Source of the DNA: Eledone cirrhosa
Lineage: Eukaryota
DNA length: 64,000 nucleotides
Assembly (NCBI GenBank): GCA_964016885.1
Contig: OZ024741.1
Location: 116,622,001 to 116,686,000, forward strand
Direction: 5' to 3'
Shown in pieces: positions 35,500 through 49,850 of the stretch; positions within the stretch are counted from its first letter, which is position 1; every line of letters begins with the position of its first letter. Position numbers and translations under genes: made by a program. Under the pieces are notes generated by a model. It made no database searches, was not told the origin of the DNA, and saw nothing but the letters and a program-made list of their open reading frames with translations.

Positions 35500-35940
35500 A
35501 CATCATCATGTTTCCACAACTGGTGCAGCCAGTTGTTGAGATGCTACTCTAGACACTTTGGCAAGCAGTCGGCACCATTGGTCTCTATTCCCTATCATGC
35601 CTAGAAGGGTCTCAGTTCAGTCTTTGATGTTGTAGGACCAGGATTTTTTTGTCTACCGCTTCCTCGCCCTCTCTTGACTGTGCTTTTAAGGATGGTTTTG
35701 GACAAGCAGCTGTGGTGGAATATATGACCATACCAGGCAAGTTTCTATCTTTTTTCCACTGCAAGGAATGGTTCCTGTCTGCCAGCGTATCCGTTAACTT
35801 GCTGCTTGACAAAGTTATTTGTTTTGTGCACTGTGTATGGGATGTGTAACAACATTCTGAAGCATTTGTGCTTCAAACACTGGATTCTTTGCTCCATGTC
35901 AGCTGTGAGAGTCCAACTCACACACCCATCCATACATATA
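35500..35940 (-). mobile_element. Old RTE 3' fragment (third family)
   Basis: GCVSWTLTADMEQRIQ..KCFRMLLHIPY..HKTNNFV. Confidence 0.7.
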
Positions 35941-36136
35941 TCGACAGTCAATTGACTTTCGTCAAATTGGACCGAAGAAACAATGTTTCTATTTGTCTTT
36001 CTAATTGCTAATACTCCCTATCAGTTGCAACTCCAAGTGTCTTGCCCAAGGACATAACGCATCGCCCTGTCCAGGAATCGAACTCACAACCTCACAATTG
36101 TGAATCCAATTCTCTAACCACTCAGCCATGCACCTT

Positions 36137-36533
<397 letters not shown>

Positions 36534-36613
36534 ATAAATTAACGGAGGCATAGGCCGTCGTTATTCCCTGTAAATAATGTGCTCAAAGGGGAAGAGATCC
36601 TGAGCCATTTAAA

Positions 36614-37090
36614 ATATAATATGTTGAGAAGGTAACACACCAGAGAGAGATATATAGTGCGTTATCAATAATACAGGGAAAAAAACCACCAGTGTATGGA
36701 ATCTATAACCTATGAAAGGCAGACTATAGACACGATAATTAAAAATATAAATTAAAGCGTAAATAAATACCTTTATAACTATATAACACACGTACAAATC
36801 CAAAGATATGTTTCACCAGAAAATTTGTTGAAAGAAATGGTCTAGCCTTACACACACTGATGAACCGAGACTAGACCATTTCTTTCAACAAATTTTCTGG
36901 TGAAACATCTTTGGATTTGTACGTGTGTTATATAGTTATAAAGGTATTTATTTACGCTTTAATTTATATTTTTAATTATCGTGTCTATAGTCTGCCTTTC
37001 ATAGGTTATAGATTCCATACACTGGTGGTTTTTTCCCTGTATTATTGATAACGCACTATATATCTCTCTCTGGTGTGTTACCTTCTCAAC

Positions 37091-37099
<9 letters not shown>
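36614..37099 (+). mobile_element. Penelope-like pLTR with near-perfect inverted duplication
   Basis: Arms 36614-36845 and 36871-37099 differ by about one 2-nt indel; the hammerhead begins in the 25-bp spacer. Confidence 0.75.
36850..36928 (+). ncRNA. Hammerhead ribozyme motif (type I)
   Basis: ACACACA, CTGATGA 36857-36863, ACC..GGT stem II, GAAAC 36902, GTA 36919-36921, CGTGTGT; the innermost stem I pair is a mismatch. Confidence 0.7.
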
Positions 37100-37137
<38 letters not shown>

Positions 37138-38013
37138 GTATATATATATGTATATATATATGTATATATATATGTATATATATATGTATATATATATATA
37201 TATATAATGTTAAACAAGGGAAGAATTAGACAAGATGAAATAATCAATTAAGCCATTGTTTGATGATTGTTTCAGCAAACAAAATTATCAGTGGCATAAT
37301 TGCCATTGATTGGTCTGCACATCGATAATCTTGCTTTCTCAAACTATTGTGAAACAATGGGTTACTTAACTTCACATTGTGTTAGTCTTTCATTGTTTAA
37401 CGTACTCTGTTTTTGAACACACAACCACATATATGGGCATATCATCTTTCCACAAAAACAGAATTCACTTTGCTTTGATAGGATATTCACATCAATACCA
37501 CATCAAGTTCTAAAATAGCAAATTATCCTACATTGATTAGGTAGAACACAAATGAATATATGCATGCCTGTATGTGTGTGTATATATATATATATACCGG
37601 GAGAGATGACCCCTTAGCCTTTGTCAAGGCAGAATTCTAGGAGAAGGAAAACTCTGATATAACACCTGCAACCCTGATGGTATCCAATGATGTTGACTTG
37701 TTTTTCTTTTTGGTAAATATCATCTTGGTTAAGAGAGTGGGACTGGCTTTGTGCAGTGCCTTTGCTCACTATAAAAGCTTCACGGCACAGGCATTGCTTT
37801 ATATCTGGAGATCTCTCTGCACTTGCCGTCACATGGTACCATGGGCCCAGCACTATGTGTCAATAATTGTCACAAGTGTAGTGTTTGTACCAGAGTTTTC
37901 AAGTCGCTGACTGGACTAAAAAGTCACACTCGTTCAGCGCATCGGTAGGGGTTCTCCTACATGGATATAAAGTAGTGGCCGTACTCGAAAACGAGTTGGC
38001 AGCCACCATATAT

Positions 38014-38060
<47 letters not shown>

Positions 38061-38112
38061 CAAGAAAGAAGAGTGACATGGTTTGCTATACAATAAGGGC
38101 TTTAATCACATT

Positions 38113-38218
38113 GCTGACAATTGTTTCTCTGAACTGGTAGGTCTAGAGATCGCTACCCGCCTGTTTCTGCGTCAATCGATCACCAATACATAGTTATAAC
38201 CAGTCAATTCATCAGAGC
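38113..38218 (-). ncRNA. Hammerhead ribozyme motif with about 80-nt stem II domain
   Basis: Minus strand: GCT CTGATGA [ATTGACTGGT...ACCAGTTCAGA] GAAAC AATT GTC AGC. Confidence 0.65.
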
Positions 38219-38263
38219 TTGCGAGGATGAAATGGACTACCTATAACAATAATTTGTTATCAC

Positions 38264-38421
<158 letters not shown>

Positions 38422-38460
38422 GAACAAAGAATCAGTGTTGCATTATATACATATTTAATT

Positions 38461-38552
38461 ACATATTACATATGTTTCACTGTTGATCAGCTCAAGGAAT
38501 GATCTATTAATGATCGAACCTGACTCTGGAATTGGAAGCTCCTCAGATATGT
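38461..38552 (-). ncRNA. Hammerhead ribozyme motif, intact core, long stem II
   Basis: Minus strand: ACATAT CTGAGGA [GCT...AGT] GAAAC ATAT GTA ATATGT; perfect 6-bp stem I. Confidence 0.8.
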
Positions 38553-38609
38553 TTTAACATGTAGACTCGCATCTGAGAGTGGTATATATATATATATATA
38601 TATATAACA

Positions 38610-38885
38610 TCCAGTCCGAAATAAATGCGGTCGTGTAGGTGTCACGACAAAAAAACACACAGTCCACGCTGTAATGTGGCCGTGTAGGTAACATGGTAAA
38701 AACCTCCCAGTCCACACTGTAAACGTGGTTGGTGTTAGGAAGGGCATCCAGCCGTAGAAAACCCGCCAGACAGTCCTATGCGAGCAAGACAACCAATCTT
38801 GCCTTAAGTGGGAAAACTCCCGTCCAAACCCATGCAAGCATGGAAGATGGACGTTAAACGATGATGATAATGATGATGATGATAT
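38610..38885 (+). mobile_element. RTE subfamily A 3'UTR/tail fragment
   Basis: Matches 20600-20875. Confidence 0.85.
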
Positions 38886-38928
38886 GTATATATATATGTG
38901 TATGTAAGTGGGTGTGTGTGTACATTTT

Positions 38929-38970
<42 letters not shown>

Positions 38971-38971
38971 A

Positions 38972-40735
38972 GCATTATCATCATCACCGTTTTACGTCCG
39001 TTCTTCCACACTAGCATGGGTTAGATGGGTTGTCCTGTTGTGGGCAGTGTCCAGTCGGCTGACCTTGTCTTGCTCATGTGTTTTTTTTCGATGGCGCCTA
39101 CACGTCCACTATACAGTGTGAGCTGGGTGCTTTTTTGCCGTGGCACCTCCACGACCACCTTGCAGTGGGAAGGAGTGGGGGCATATTGTCTATATGCTTC
39201 AGCTTCGGCTTGTACTTGTGGGGGATCGGGTCTTCTGTATTACTGTGTAATGCCAGAGGTCACGTCCATGTGTCATCATCCTTGAGAGGTACAATTGGGT
39301 AAGGTCGGCTTTTATCACCTCATCCCAGGTCTTCTTGGGTCTTCCCACTCTGCGGCTTCCATCAACTTCTAGTGCTCTGCACCTTTTTATGCAGCTGTCA
39401 TCCTTCATACACATCACATGTCCATACCAACGCAACCACCTCTCCTGCACACAGCATTTGATTCCTCTGATGCTCAGTCTCTCTCTCAATTCGTTTATGC
39501 TTTGCCGTTCGCGTATATTACTATTACACATCCATCGGAGCATGGAAGCTTCGTTTCTTTCTAATCTATGCAAGTTTTCTACAGACAGCGCCCAGGTCTC
39601 AATACCATGTAACATTGCTGTTCGTATACACGCATCATACAGTCTGCCTTTCATTTTGAGGGAAAAGCCTTTTGCAGCTAGCAGTGGCAGTAGCTCTCTG
39701 AACTTCTTCTATCCCGTTCTTACCCTAGTTATTGTACTTTCTGAACACCCACCCCCACTGCTAATTCGGTCACCTAGGTAGCAGAAGCTGTCTACTGTTT
39801 CTACAGAGCCCTCCCAGAGCTTGGTGGTGCTTGTTTCCTGTGGCCATTTGCTGCTTATTGTCCCGGCGCAGCTGCTACATGTAAAGCCTACATTCTTAGT
39901 TAAGCTTCCTGAGATCCCACTACATCTCTTATGTACCCATTGTTTGCATTTGGGGAAGAGGATGGAGTTCCTACCTACACCTTTCCTACATACTGAGCAA
40001 GACCATTTCCCTGAGGGGATCTGGATTCTGTTTTCTCATCTACTTACAAGGACCTTAGTCTTTGCCAGGTTGACTTTGAGACCCTTTCTTTCTAGTCCCT
40101 GCTTCCAAGTTTGGAATTTCTTCTCTAGTTCCACCATAGATTCAGCTATATTTGCGAGATCATCCGCATATAGGAGTTCCCATTGGCATCCGGTCTTAAA
40201 CGCCCCTGTTATTGCCTGCAAAACTATAATGAACAGGAGAGGGCTAAGAACAGAGCTCTGGTGGACACCGACCTGTATGCTAAATTCCTCACTATAGTCA
40301 TTGCTAACCCTAACTTCGCTGACTGCTCCTCTATACATGGCTTGTACAGCTTTCACAAGCCATTCATCTACTCCTAGTTTTCTAAGAGCCCACCAGATTA
40401 TAGCACGGGGGACTCTGTTGAAGGCTTTTTCCAGATCGACAAATGCCAGGTAGAGCAGCTTACTTTTAGCTAGGTACTTTTCCTGTAACTGCTTCACAAG
40501 GAAGAGGGCATCAGTGGTGCCTTTTCCTGGTACAAACCCAAATTGCATCTCATCTAGTTTCACCCGGTCCCTAATCAACTGTGCTATAACTCTTTCTGTT
40601 ACTTTCATGACCAGGTCCATCAGCTTTATACCTCTATAGTTTCCTCTATCTAGTGCATTACCTTTACCTTTGTAGCAGTTGACAATGCTGCTGCACCAAA
40701 CCTTTGGTATGGCACCCTCTAGTATTACCTGGTTA
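38972..40735 (-). pseudogene. 5'-truncated decayed RTE LINE
   Basis: Minus-strand ORFs 40036-40620 (DLEKAFNRV, LYADD) and 39199-39654; tail near 38972-39030. Confidence 0.9.
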
Positions 40736-41292
40736 ATATATATGTGTGTATATTTGTATAGGTTTTGTTTTTACTACTTATCCTCTATCTGCACTGTTAT
40801 TTCTTTATATTTTGGGTTTTATTTTATATATGGATATTGTTTTTTTTTATTTATTACTGCATTTTATCTTTATTTCAGTCTATATTTTTCTAGGGTCATA
40901 TCCTTGTATTTATTCTATATACCCACTACCTACATCTCACTACCATTATTATATGTCTGTAATATATTTTTTTATCGGCTCTGTATTTAGTCAAAATTGG
41001 TTTTTATTTTGTATCTTAATTCCTTTACCCCTTTACATCACAACCTGCATACTTGTATTGCATTATCTCCTTAATGCTTACTTCAAACAATGTGCCAGCG
41101 GATGTCAGGCAGAGGGGTTGACACACATGGATACGTACGACAACTTGACCGAGATGGTGATATTAGCCGCTAAATTACGAGAAGCCCCCAGCTGTGATGT
41201 GTCTGAAAACAATCTAACAAGTGAATACGATGCATATAAGAAGGAATTGGGATAATATTCAACCACTCTCAGACGCTAATCTACATGTTAAA

Positions 41293-41384
41293 ACATATCT
41301 GAGGAGCTTCCGATTCCAGAGTCAGGTTTGATCATTAATAGATCGTTCCTCAAGCTGATCGACAGTGAAACATATGTAATGTGT
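41293..41384 (+). ncRNA. Hammerhead ribozyme motif, intact core, long stem II
   Basis: ACATAT CTGAGGA(41299) [GCT..CGATT..GATCG..AGT] GAAAC(41367) ATAT GTA ATGTGT. Confidence 0.8.
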
Positions 41385-41419
41385 AATTAAATATGTAAAC
41401 AAAGAGATGCATATAGTAT

Positions 41420-42030
41420 GAAGAGAGTCTGTTGAATGTGGAAAATGCATGGGAGAGGATAGAGTAAACTGAGTTGACAGCTATATAGTAAATAATGTGA
41501 TTGAGGATATGAAGGCCAGAAGAGCAGATGAGCCATCAGGGATAGTCACTGAAATGTTGATAAAATCTGGTATGATAGGCCACACATCAGGTATTACAGG
41601 ATAACATCATACTCAATGACAAGCATAACATCATCATCATCATCAAGGGCAAAAGAGATGTGCTAGAAGGAAGAAACTATAAAGGCATCAAGTTGATGGA
41701 CCAAGTCATGAAAGTTATAGAAATAGTTATAGCACAAACAATTAGGGAAAGAAATTAATTTAGATGAGATGCAGTTTGGCTTTGTGTAATGAACAGTTAC
41801 TAGACATCTTTTCCTTGTGTAACATCTGTAGGAGGATTATGTAGCTAAAATTAAGACCTCTACCTAGCAGTCATTGACCTGGAGAGGGCCTCATTCAGTA
41901 ATCTGATAAGCCCTTACAAAACTAGAGGTAGATTGATTCCACCTCTGCACATGGCTTGCAAGAGCCATACAAGCCATGTACAGAGGTGGAGTCAGCAAGG
42001 TTAGGATTAAAGATGAGTATAGTGAAGAGA
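41420..42030 (+). mobile_element. Ancient RTE RT fragment
   Basis: RNYKGIKLMDQVMKV, LDEMQFGFV remnants. Confidence 0.75.
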
Positions 42031-42459
42031 CAACCAGACATATTTATTGGGGAACATAAACAACTGTCACCAAAGACATTAAGTGGTCTTCATATAATGT
42101 TTGCAGTAGTTGACAGGTAAAGACACACACACATGTATTTGTGAGGCTTTCTTTACATATTTCACTCACAAGGCTTAGTACTACAATGGAAAACACATAG
42201 TGGGCCTGAACCCACAACTATATGGTTATGAAGTGAACATCGTAACCACACAATCTTGCCTGATATGTATAATAGGTATTTTAAAAAATCCTTTGCTAGA
42301 ATGTAAATGGGGTGGAGGGGTAGGGACATAAACACAGAAAAAAAATGGAAAAATGTGGAAAAATCTTTAGAAAAAGAGCCAACAAAAAAGAAAAGTCAAC
42401 AAATTTGATAAGTTAAAACATGAAAGATAAACAAAAAAAGATAAAGAATGAGATCTTAC

Positions 42460-42619
42460 GTGCTGTTTCATTTTTTGTACACTCGACTGATTCCATAGAG
42501 TAAACTATACATTTCTCCCATAATCCTCTACGTTCTGTATTGTTAACCAGCCATGTTGTTGTGGATATAGAAAACAAGAGAAGCATAGCTGCAATAATTC
42601 CACATAGTACTGAAATGAC
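42460..42619 (-). CDS. Coding exon of a PMP22/EMP/claudin-family tetraspan membrane protein (TMEM47-like)
   Basis: Acceptor CTCTTCTCTTTCTATTTCCCTGCAG, donor C|GTAAGA; encodes VISVLCGIIAAMLLLFSISTTTWLVNNTERRGLWEKCIVYSMESVEC: TM1 followed by the W..GLW..C..C claudin signature. Confidence 0.85.
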
Positions 42620-42729
42620 CTGCAGGGAAATAGAAAGAGAAGAGCTTATAGGATTGATTCTTGAATTTAGGTCTTTGAAAAATAACCAAGTCACAAGAAA
42701 TTGGTTAGAATTAAGTGGTTTCGATGTAA

Positions 42730-43700
42730 TGGTCACAATGTAATGGTCACCATTAACACACACCCATTAACTGGTCACCATTAACACACCACTATCAACT
42801 GGTCATCATTAACACATCACCATCAACTAGTCACCATCAACTGATCACCATCAATTGATCACCATCAACTGAACACCATCAACACATCAACTGATCACCA
42901 TCAACACATCAACTGATCACCATCAACACATCACCATCAGTTCATTACCATTAACACATCACCATTACCTGATTACCAGTTACTGATCACCCTCAACTGG
43001 TCAACAACTGATCACCATTAACACATCAACTGATCACCATCAACTGATCATCATCAACTGGTCACCATCAACACATCACCATCAACTAATCACCATCAAC
43101 TGATCACCTTCAACTGAACACCATCAACACATCATCATCAACTGATCACCATCAACTGATTACCATCAACTGAACACCATCAACTGATCACCATCAACTG
43201 AACACCATCAACACATAACCATCAACTGATCACCATCATGATCACCATCAACAGGTCACCATCAAGACAACACCATCAACTGATCATCATCAGTTCATTA
43301 CCATTAACACATCACCATTACCTGATTACCAGTTACTGATCACCATCAACTGGTCATCATCAATTGATTGCCATTAACAGATCACTGTTAACTGGTCACC
43401 ATTAATTCATCACCATCAACTGGTGGCCATTAACTCATCATTATCAATGCATTCCCATCAACTGGTCACCATCAATCGATGGCCATTAATTTATCACAAT
43501 CAATTGGTCATGATTAACACATCATCAAATCATCGCCATCAACTGGTAGCCATTTAACTCACCACCATTATCTTACCAGTCACAATTAACTTATCACAAC
43601 TGGTTACAATTTAATGTTCACAATTAATTAACCACCATTAATAGCTCACCATAAATTGGTCACACTTGTCTGATCACTATTAACAGCTTACCATAAATAG
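42730..43700. repeat. Degenerate minisatellite of 11-14 bp units (CACCATCAACTGAT / CACCATCAACACAT)
   Basis: Direct observation. Confidence 0.9.
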
Positions 43701-43945
43701 TGAACCATGGTAGTGAAGACCTCTTCCTGCTACTTCTGAGCTCATTATGAACCACAAATAAGAGATATATATACATGGTAAAAAGGAATGATTAGATTAA
43801 CCACCTGGTGTAATATGGATGGACATTCAAATAATATGAAGCTTTGGATTGGTAAAATAAATCTGAAAGAAAACAACAGCATTTTTGCGTCATGTAATCC
43901 TGGAAGAAATTGCCTGTTAAATGAAGCTCTGTAAACACACACAAA

Positions 43946-44088
<143 letters not shown>

Positions 44089-44089
44089 A

Positions 44090-44430
44090 TAAAAAGAAAT
44101 GGAGAAAGTTGATAAATAACAGGACCTAAGAATTGATGTCCAAAGAATATGGAACATGAAAATGGTTGAGGTCATACCAATAGTGATAAGTGCTCTTGGT
44201 TATGTGACCAAGAACTTTGAAAAAAGGATTGAAAAACTTGGGATCCAGGTAAAGGTAGTATTCCTTCAGAAAACGACACTCCTAGGAACAGCTAGAATTT
44301 TAAGAAGGGTGATAGGAACATAAACCCCAGGATAAAGTAACCAAGAGTTTCTTGGTGGTTAGTTATGACCTGTCCGCTTGGTTTAGTAATACCACAAAAG
44401 AACAGCCTGAGGAAAAGAAATAATAATCAT
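44090..44430 (+). mobile_element. Dong/R4 3' fragment
   Basis: KVDK*QDLRIDVQRIWNM..VIPIVISALG..LQKTTLLGTARILRRV. Confidence 0.8.
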
Positions 44431-45789
44431 TATCATTATCATCAACGTTTAACATCCATTTTCCATGCTAGCATGGGTTAGAGAGGTTGTCCCATTAGAA
44501 GCAAGTTGGGTCAGGTCACTGTCTCTTGCTCATATAGAACTATTTCTGGCTAGATTTCTATGGATGGATGCTCTTCATAACGCCAACAACATTTACAGAG
44601 TGTGCTGGGTGCTATTTCTCGTGACTGTTACATGACCCCTTTACAGCGTGGGCTGGGTGCTTTATATATATATATCAATACATACTTACACTTTATACCA
44701 ACTAAATGTTAACCAGTATACACACACAGCAATACAGTCCAGTATACAGTATAGTATATATATCTCTATATATAAATAAATAATAATAATAATTCTTTTT
44801 AACATTAACGCAGGGCCAGCAATAATATAGAACAACAAGAAACAGTGGTGGTGGTGGTGGTGGTGGTGGTAGGGGTTACATGGAGTGAATAATAGAAACA
44901 ATAATGAAATAAACTTCAGTTGGTTTCAACTATGAGTGTTAGAGATGTTCAATCAACTGAGCAGCCTGCGCATGAAATTAATGTGATAATGACTGAGCAT
45001 TTCACAGACATGTATACCCTCAATATAATACTCAGGGAGATTCAGCAGGACACAGTATGTGACAAGGCTGGCCCTTTGAATTACAGGTACAATCCATCTG
45101 ACAGGTTTCCAAATAATTTCTGTCTACCCAATTTCACTCAAAATATAGCCCATAAACAAACTGTCAAAATATAAGGATCTTGAAATCAAAATATACAAGG
45201 TAAAAATAGTATCTAGGTATGATAAAAAAAAAAAGGAACAAAATCATAGATGTCATACCAGTGCTCACAACACTACACACCGTTCAAAAAATAGCTTTGC
45301 TAAGAACAGTCAACACCCTATGCAAGGCAGTATCAATTCAATAGCGCAAACTCAAGTAGAACAATCTCCACACAGAACACACTCTACACAATAAGCACCT
45401 AATAAAATAACACAACTCACATTACACACATAACACACAACATAACAGATACTAAAACTGACATTACACACACGATATACAACCTAACAGACACTAAAAT
45501 AACACAACTCACATTACATACATCACAACCAACATTAGAGACACTAAAATAACACAAGAAACAACAAATCAAATCTCATAACAAAACAAAACTGATGCAG
45601 TACACTAACAGGAGGAGTCTGTATTACCACAACTCCCACAAAAATAAGCATAATCAATGCTGCACACATCTCAAGAACACAGAGGTGCACTAGGTAATGC
45701 AGTAGAAACTCACATGAAGCTGTCAAAGAAATAATAATGATTTCTTTATTAGTCATACAGAGATGACACAAAGAAAATATTAAAGATCA

Positions 45790-46190
45790 CTACCACCACA
45801 CGAAGGTGTTATAGAAAATGACCACGTTAAGATTCTATGGGACTTTACGGTCCATTGTGACCATGAAATTGAACATCGAAAACCATTGTGATGATAAAGT
45901 TAACAATGTTTAATTCTGGTTGTGGCTTGTCCGACTGACAATTAGGTTTGTGATAAAGAATTGAAGAAGGTTGAGAGATTTGAACTGCTAACATGAGGGA
46001 TAAAACATTTGTGAGCAACGAGAAAGGTAGGTATTGCAGTTGTGGCTGGGGTAGTGGGCATTGTGAGCATCAGAAATGAAAGCTATTTTAAAAAAAATTG
46101 GGGCCAACATTAGGCTGGAGTCCCTACAGAACACAACACTCCACGGAGCTGTCAGGGTACTCAGAAAAGTGCTTTACAATTGAAGGTGCC
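45790..46190 (+). mobile_element. Ancient Dong/R4 3' fragment
   Basis: PHEGVIENDHVKILWDFTVHCDHEIEHRKP..VRVLRKVL. Confidence 0.7.
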
Positions 46191-47656
46191 ACCTCAATCA
46201 CAACAATTCAAGATTTAAACACAGATGAGAAGATCAAGTAACAATATGGAATTTACACTGAATATAAGGCTGAGATCAGCAATATCAATAAAGTTATATT
46301 AACAAATAAGTAATAATTGTTTCTACTATTGGCACAAGGCCAGCAATTACCCAGTACATTACTGGTACTTTATTTTATCGACCCTGTAAGGATGAAAGGC
46401 AAAGTTAACCTCGGCAGGATTTGAACTCAGACCATAAAGGGACGTAATTCTTTGCTGCAAAGCATGGCATCAGACCCTCTACCGGTACTGCCAATCCACT
46501 CTGATTTAGGCATAAAGCCAACAATATATATATATTTGGGGTGGGGGGGGGGGGGGGTGGAGGAGTCGATTAAATCGATCCCAGTGCATTACTAGTACTT
46601 TAATTTATTGACCCAGTATTGGATGAAAGGAAAAGCTAACCTTGACAGGATTTGAACTCAGAATGTAAAGAGCCATAACTACATGCCACAAAGCATGTTG
46701 TCCGATGCTCTACCGATATTATTACATAAAATTATGATGGAAGGTTTTTAGATAAATATGAACAATTTAGAATAAAATTTTGTATCATAAAAATATGGGC
46801 AGTTTCAGGTGGGTTGGTATTAAAAGGGTTAAATGGAATAGGTCTTCAGCTCCATTCATGTTTACATAGGACATGGACCAGAAATTTTCTGAGGCCTAAA
46901 AAAGTGTTCCAACACATTTTAAGGTAAAACACTTCTGAAGCTTTGAACATAGTTAGTTTTCTGTCCTTTCAATGTTTCTGGTTCATCTAAACATCAACAT
47001 CCACAGCAAAATGTTGAGAGAGAGAGAGAGAAAGAGAAACTTATGATTGCTAGTTGAACAGCCTAACCATTAAGCCATGTGCCTTCACTATACTATATAT
47101 ATATCCATGTATAAGTTGCACTGGTAGATAAATCACCTCCACTCACAAATTTACATACAACATTCTTGGCTCAATATTTGATTTGAATAAAGGTTGTGTA
47201 GATCCAGTAGTGAAGGCGCATGGCTTACTGGTTACAGACTTGGATTCGCAATCATGAGATTGTGAGTTCGATTCCTGGACCCGGTGATGTGTTATGTCCT
47301 TGAGCAAGACACTTTATTTCACATTGCTCTTCTTTCTGTCAGGAGTTGCAGCTGGTAGATAGTATCAGCAATGTAAAGATCAATGGAAACATTGTTTCCT
47401 TGATTCAATTTGACAAGTACCCAAACTAGGTAGAATCTTGTCAATTGATTAAAGAATAAGATCCAGTAGACAAGCCACATGCTGGTTTTTAAGCCATATT
47501 TTTGTAGAAATATAAAATACAAGTGCCATTTATACATGTGTATATACATTTATATAAGAACAGTAACATATAAAAATAAAGAGACCAAGAAAGAGAGAGT
47601 GTGTGTGTGTGAAAGAAAGAAAAAAAAGAATAAGAGAAGATAAAAGCTCCACTTAC

Positions 47657-47712
47657 TGTGGCACAATGTAATACAGGTGCCATCCTGTTACATGGAAGTG
47701 TATTTGAATTCT
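47657..47712 (-). CDS. Probable upstream exon of the claudin-family gene (ATG at 47683: MAPVLHCAT)
   Basis: Acceptor TTTTCTTCAG, consensus donor GTAAGT, phase 0 matches the 42619 exon; lies in unique sequence. Confidence 0.5.
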
Positions 47713-48908
47713 CTGAAGAAAACATAATTTAATTCATAGCTTTCGTGTCTTTTGTTTTTGTGTTTTCTTTCATAGAAATCTTTTTTTCTACTTTAAAAAA
47801 AGATAATTGTTTTCAAAGAAGAGATTTTGAACTACTACCAGTTGGGAAATGGGGGTAAAAAACGAACTAATTAATCATTTATTTATCATTTAAACAGTTT
47901 TCTTAGTTCACATTGGTTAGATATAAACCGATTTCTTGAGTAAGGATTAGCACTAATATAAAGCTTATGTGATAAACCTGTAGTTTTACTGGCCTTTGTT
48001 TAATCAGACTTTTTATGTTACTGATGCCACTGGACACTGACACAAATAAGAATGAGTTGACTCTCTTTATGTAGCTGTTAGACAAGCTAGAAATAGCAGC
48101 CAAATTCCTTTAAAAAAACACTATAATTTAAAAAACTGAAAAGACATGTTGACACCCCTTTACAGAGGGGACTGGGTTCATTTTATCATGGCACTATCAA
48201 TACCATTTTACAAAGTGTGCTGGGTGCATTTTATTTTGGCACTAGCAATATCATTTGACAGAGTGTGCTCAGCTAAACAGAAAGAGACAGTAATGTTACT
48301 GTAAGTCAATGGGAAAACTTCTGTACCAGTTCAGTGGTCCACAAATGTAGTACAAGGGTTATACACCAGTTTGGAGATTCACAAATAGTCATACAGGGGG
48401 GCTATACACTAGCTTGGAGGCCCACAAAAGTAATATTAGCGTTTCTACATCAGCTTGGAAGTCTACATAAGGTAATATGGAGGGGTTTCCATCAATTTTT
48501 TGAGTAAACACACATTTCAAAAGCCTGGGATATGTGGGAAAATTTAAATGAATGAAGTTATTAGTAGTGAAACGATTGAGAACCACTGCTTTATATGGTC
48601 ACTCAACCAGCCTTAACACACAAAATAAAAAACAGGATTGTATTGGCTGGAACATCTTTGACCATAAGCCTATGCAATCAAAGCATAGCAGACCTGAGAC
48701 TAAATGACTTCAACAACATCCAAATTTCACTTACAGTGGTTTGGTGAACCCAGGGTTATAGTGAAGGTTAATTGCTCAAGGGTTCACAGAATGAGATCAA
48801 ACCCCAAACTATGAAGTTGTAAAGTGAACTTGTTAACCATGTAGCTATGCCAATTATGAGTGTTATGATTAACATCATGTCAATTGATACAGTTATCATT
48901 TTAATAAT

Positions 48909-49105
48909 TGTTTCTACTTTAGGCACAAGGCCTGCAATTACACCAGTGCATTACTGGGACTTTTTTTTTACCCCATAAGGATGAAAGGCAAAGTTAACCT
49001 CAGCGGGATTTGAACTCAGAATGTAAAGTTCAAATCTCGCTGAGGTTAATTTTGCCTTACATCCTTATGGGGTCGAAAAAAAAAGTCCCAGTAATGCACT
49101 GGGAT
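48909..49105. mobile_element. Fold-back (head-to-head) SINE family 2 insertion
   Basis: About 75-bp inverted arms with a 10-nt spacer; flanked by direct repeat TTATCATTTTAATAAT. Confidence 0.8.
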
Positions 49106-49760
49106 AATAATTAAAAAATTATCATTTTAATAATGCAACATGAATATTGAGCTAAAATATTGAGTCAAGAGTGTTGAGTGTTGAATATTAGGCTAGAGAT
49201 GGTGAGCTCAGAGTGAAGAGTATTAAGCTAGCAATGTTGAGCTTGAAGTGTTGAGCTAAACAACAGCTTAGTGAGGTTTTTTCACTATATAGATGTTTCC
49301 ATTATACTTTATATAATATCATATCATTGTACGTTATACATTCATTGATATATATATATACATTCATGCTTAGATTGGAAAAACACATTCACATGTACAC
49401 ACATAATTATAGTTTGTCTGCTTTTGTATACATACATAATTACAGTTTGTCTGCTTTTGTATACATACATAATTACAGTTTATCTGCTTTTCTCATGGTG
49501 GCATGGGTTGGACATACATAGGTACATACACACAAATATGTGCATGTATACATACATACATAAGTACATAAATACATAAGACCTACATAAAAACAGGACT
49601 ACCTAAAATAATACATATACAAAACGTAGAAATATAGAAATATTTATGCACCTGGATTGTATTGTTTACACATTTTACTGCTGACAGTTACAACTAATAC
49701 GCAGGTAGCTATAGAAACAGTTGAGTAAAAATCTATTCCTACTATATATATATATATGTA

Positions 49761-49850
<90 letters not shown>

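Noticed and set aside
42730-43700. CRISPR-like array
   Set aside because: Degenerate tandem units with no unique spacers; eukaryotic context
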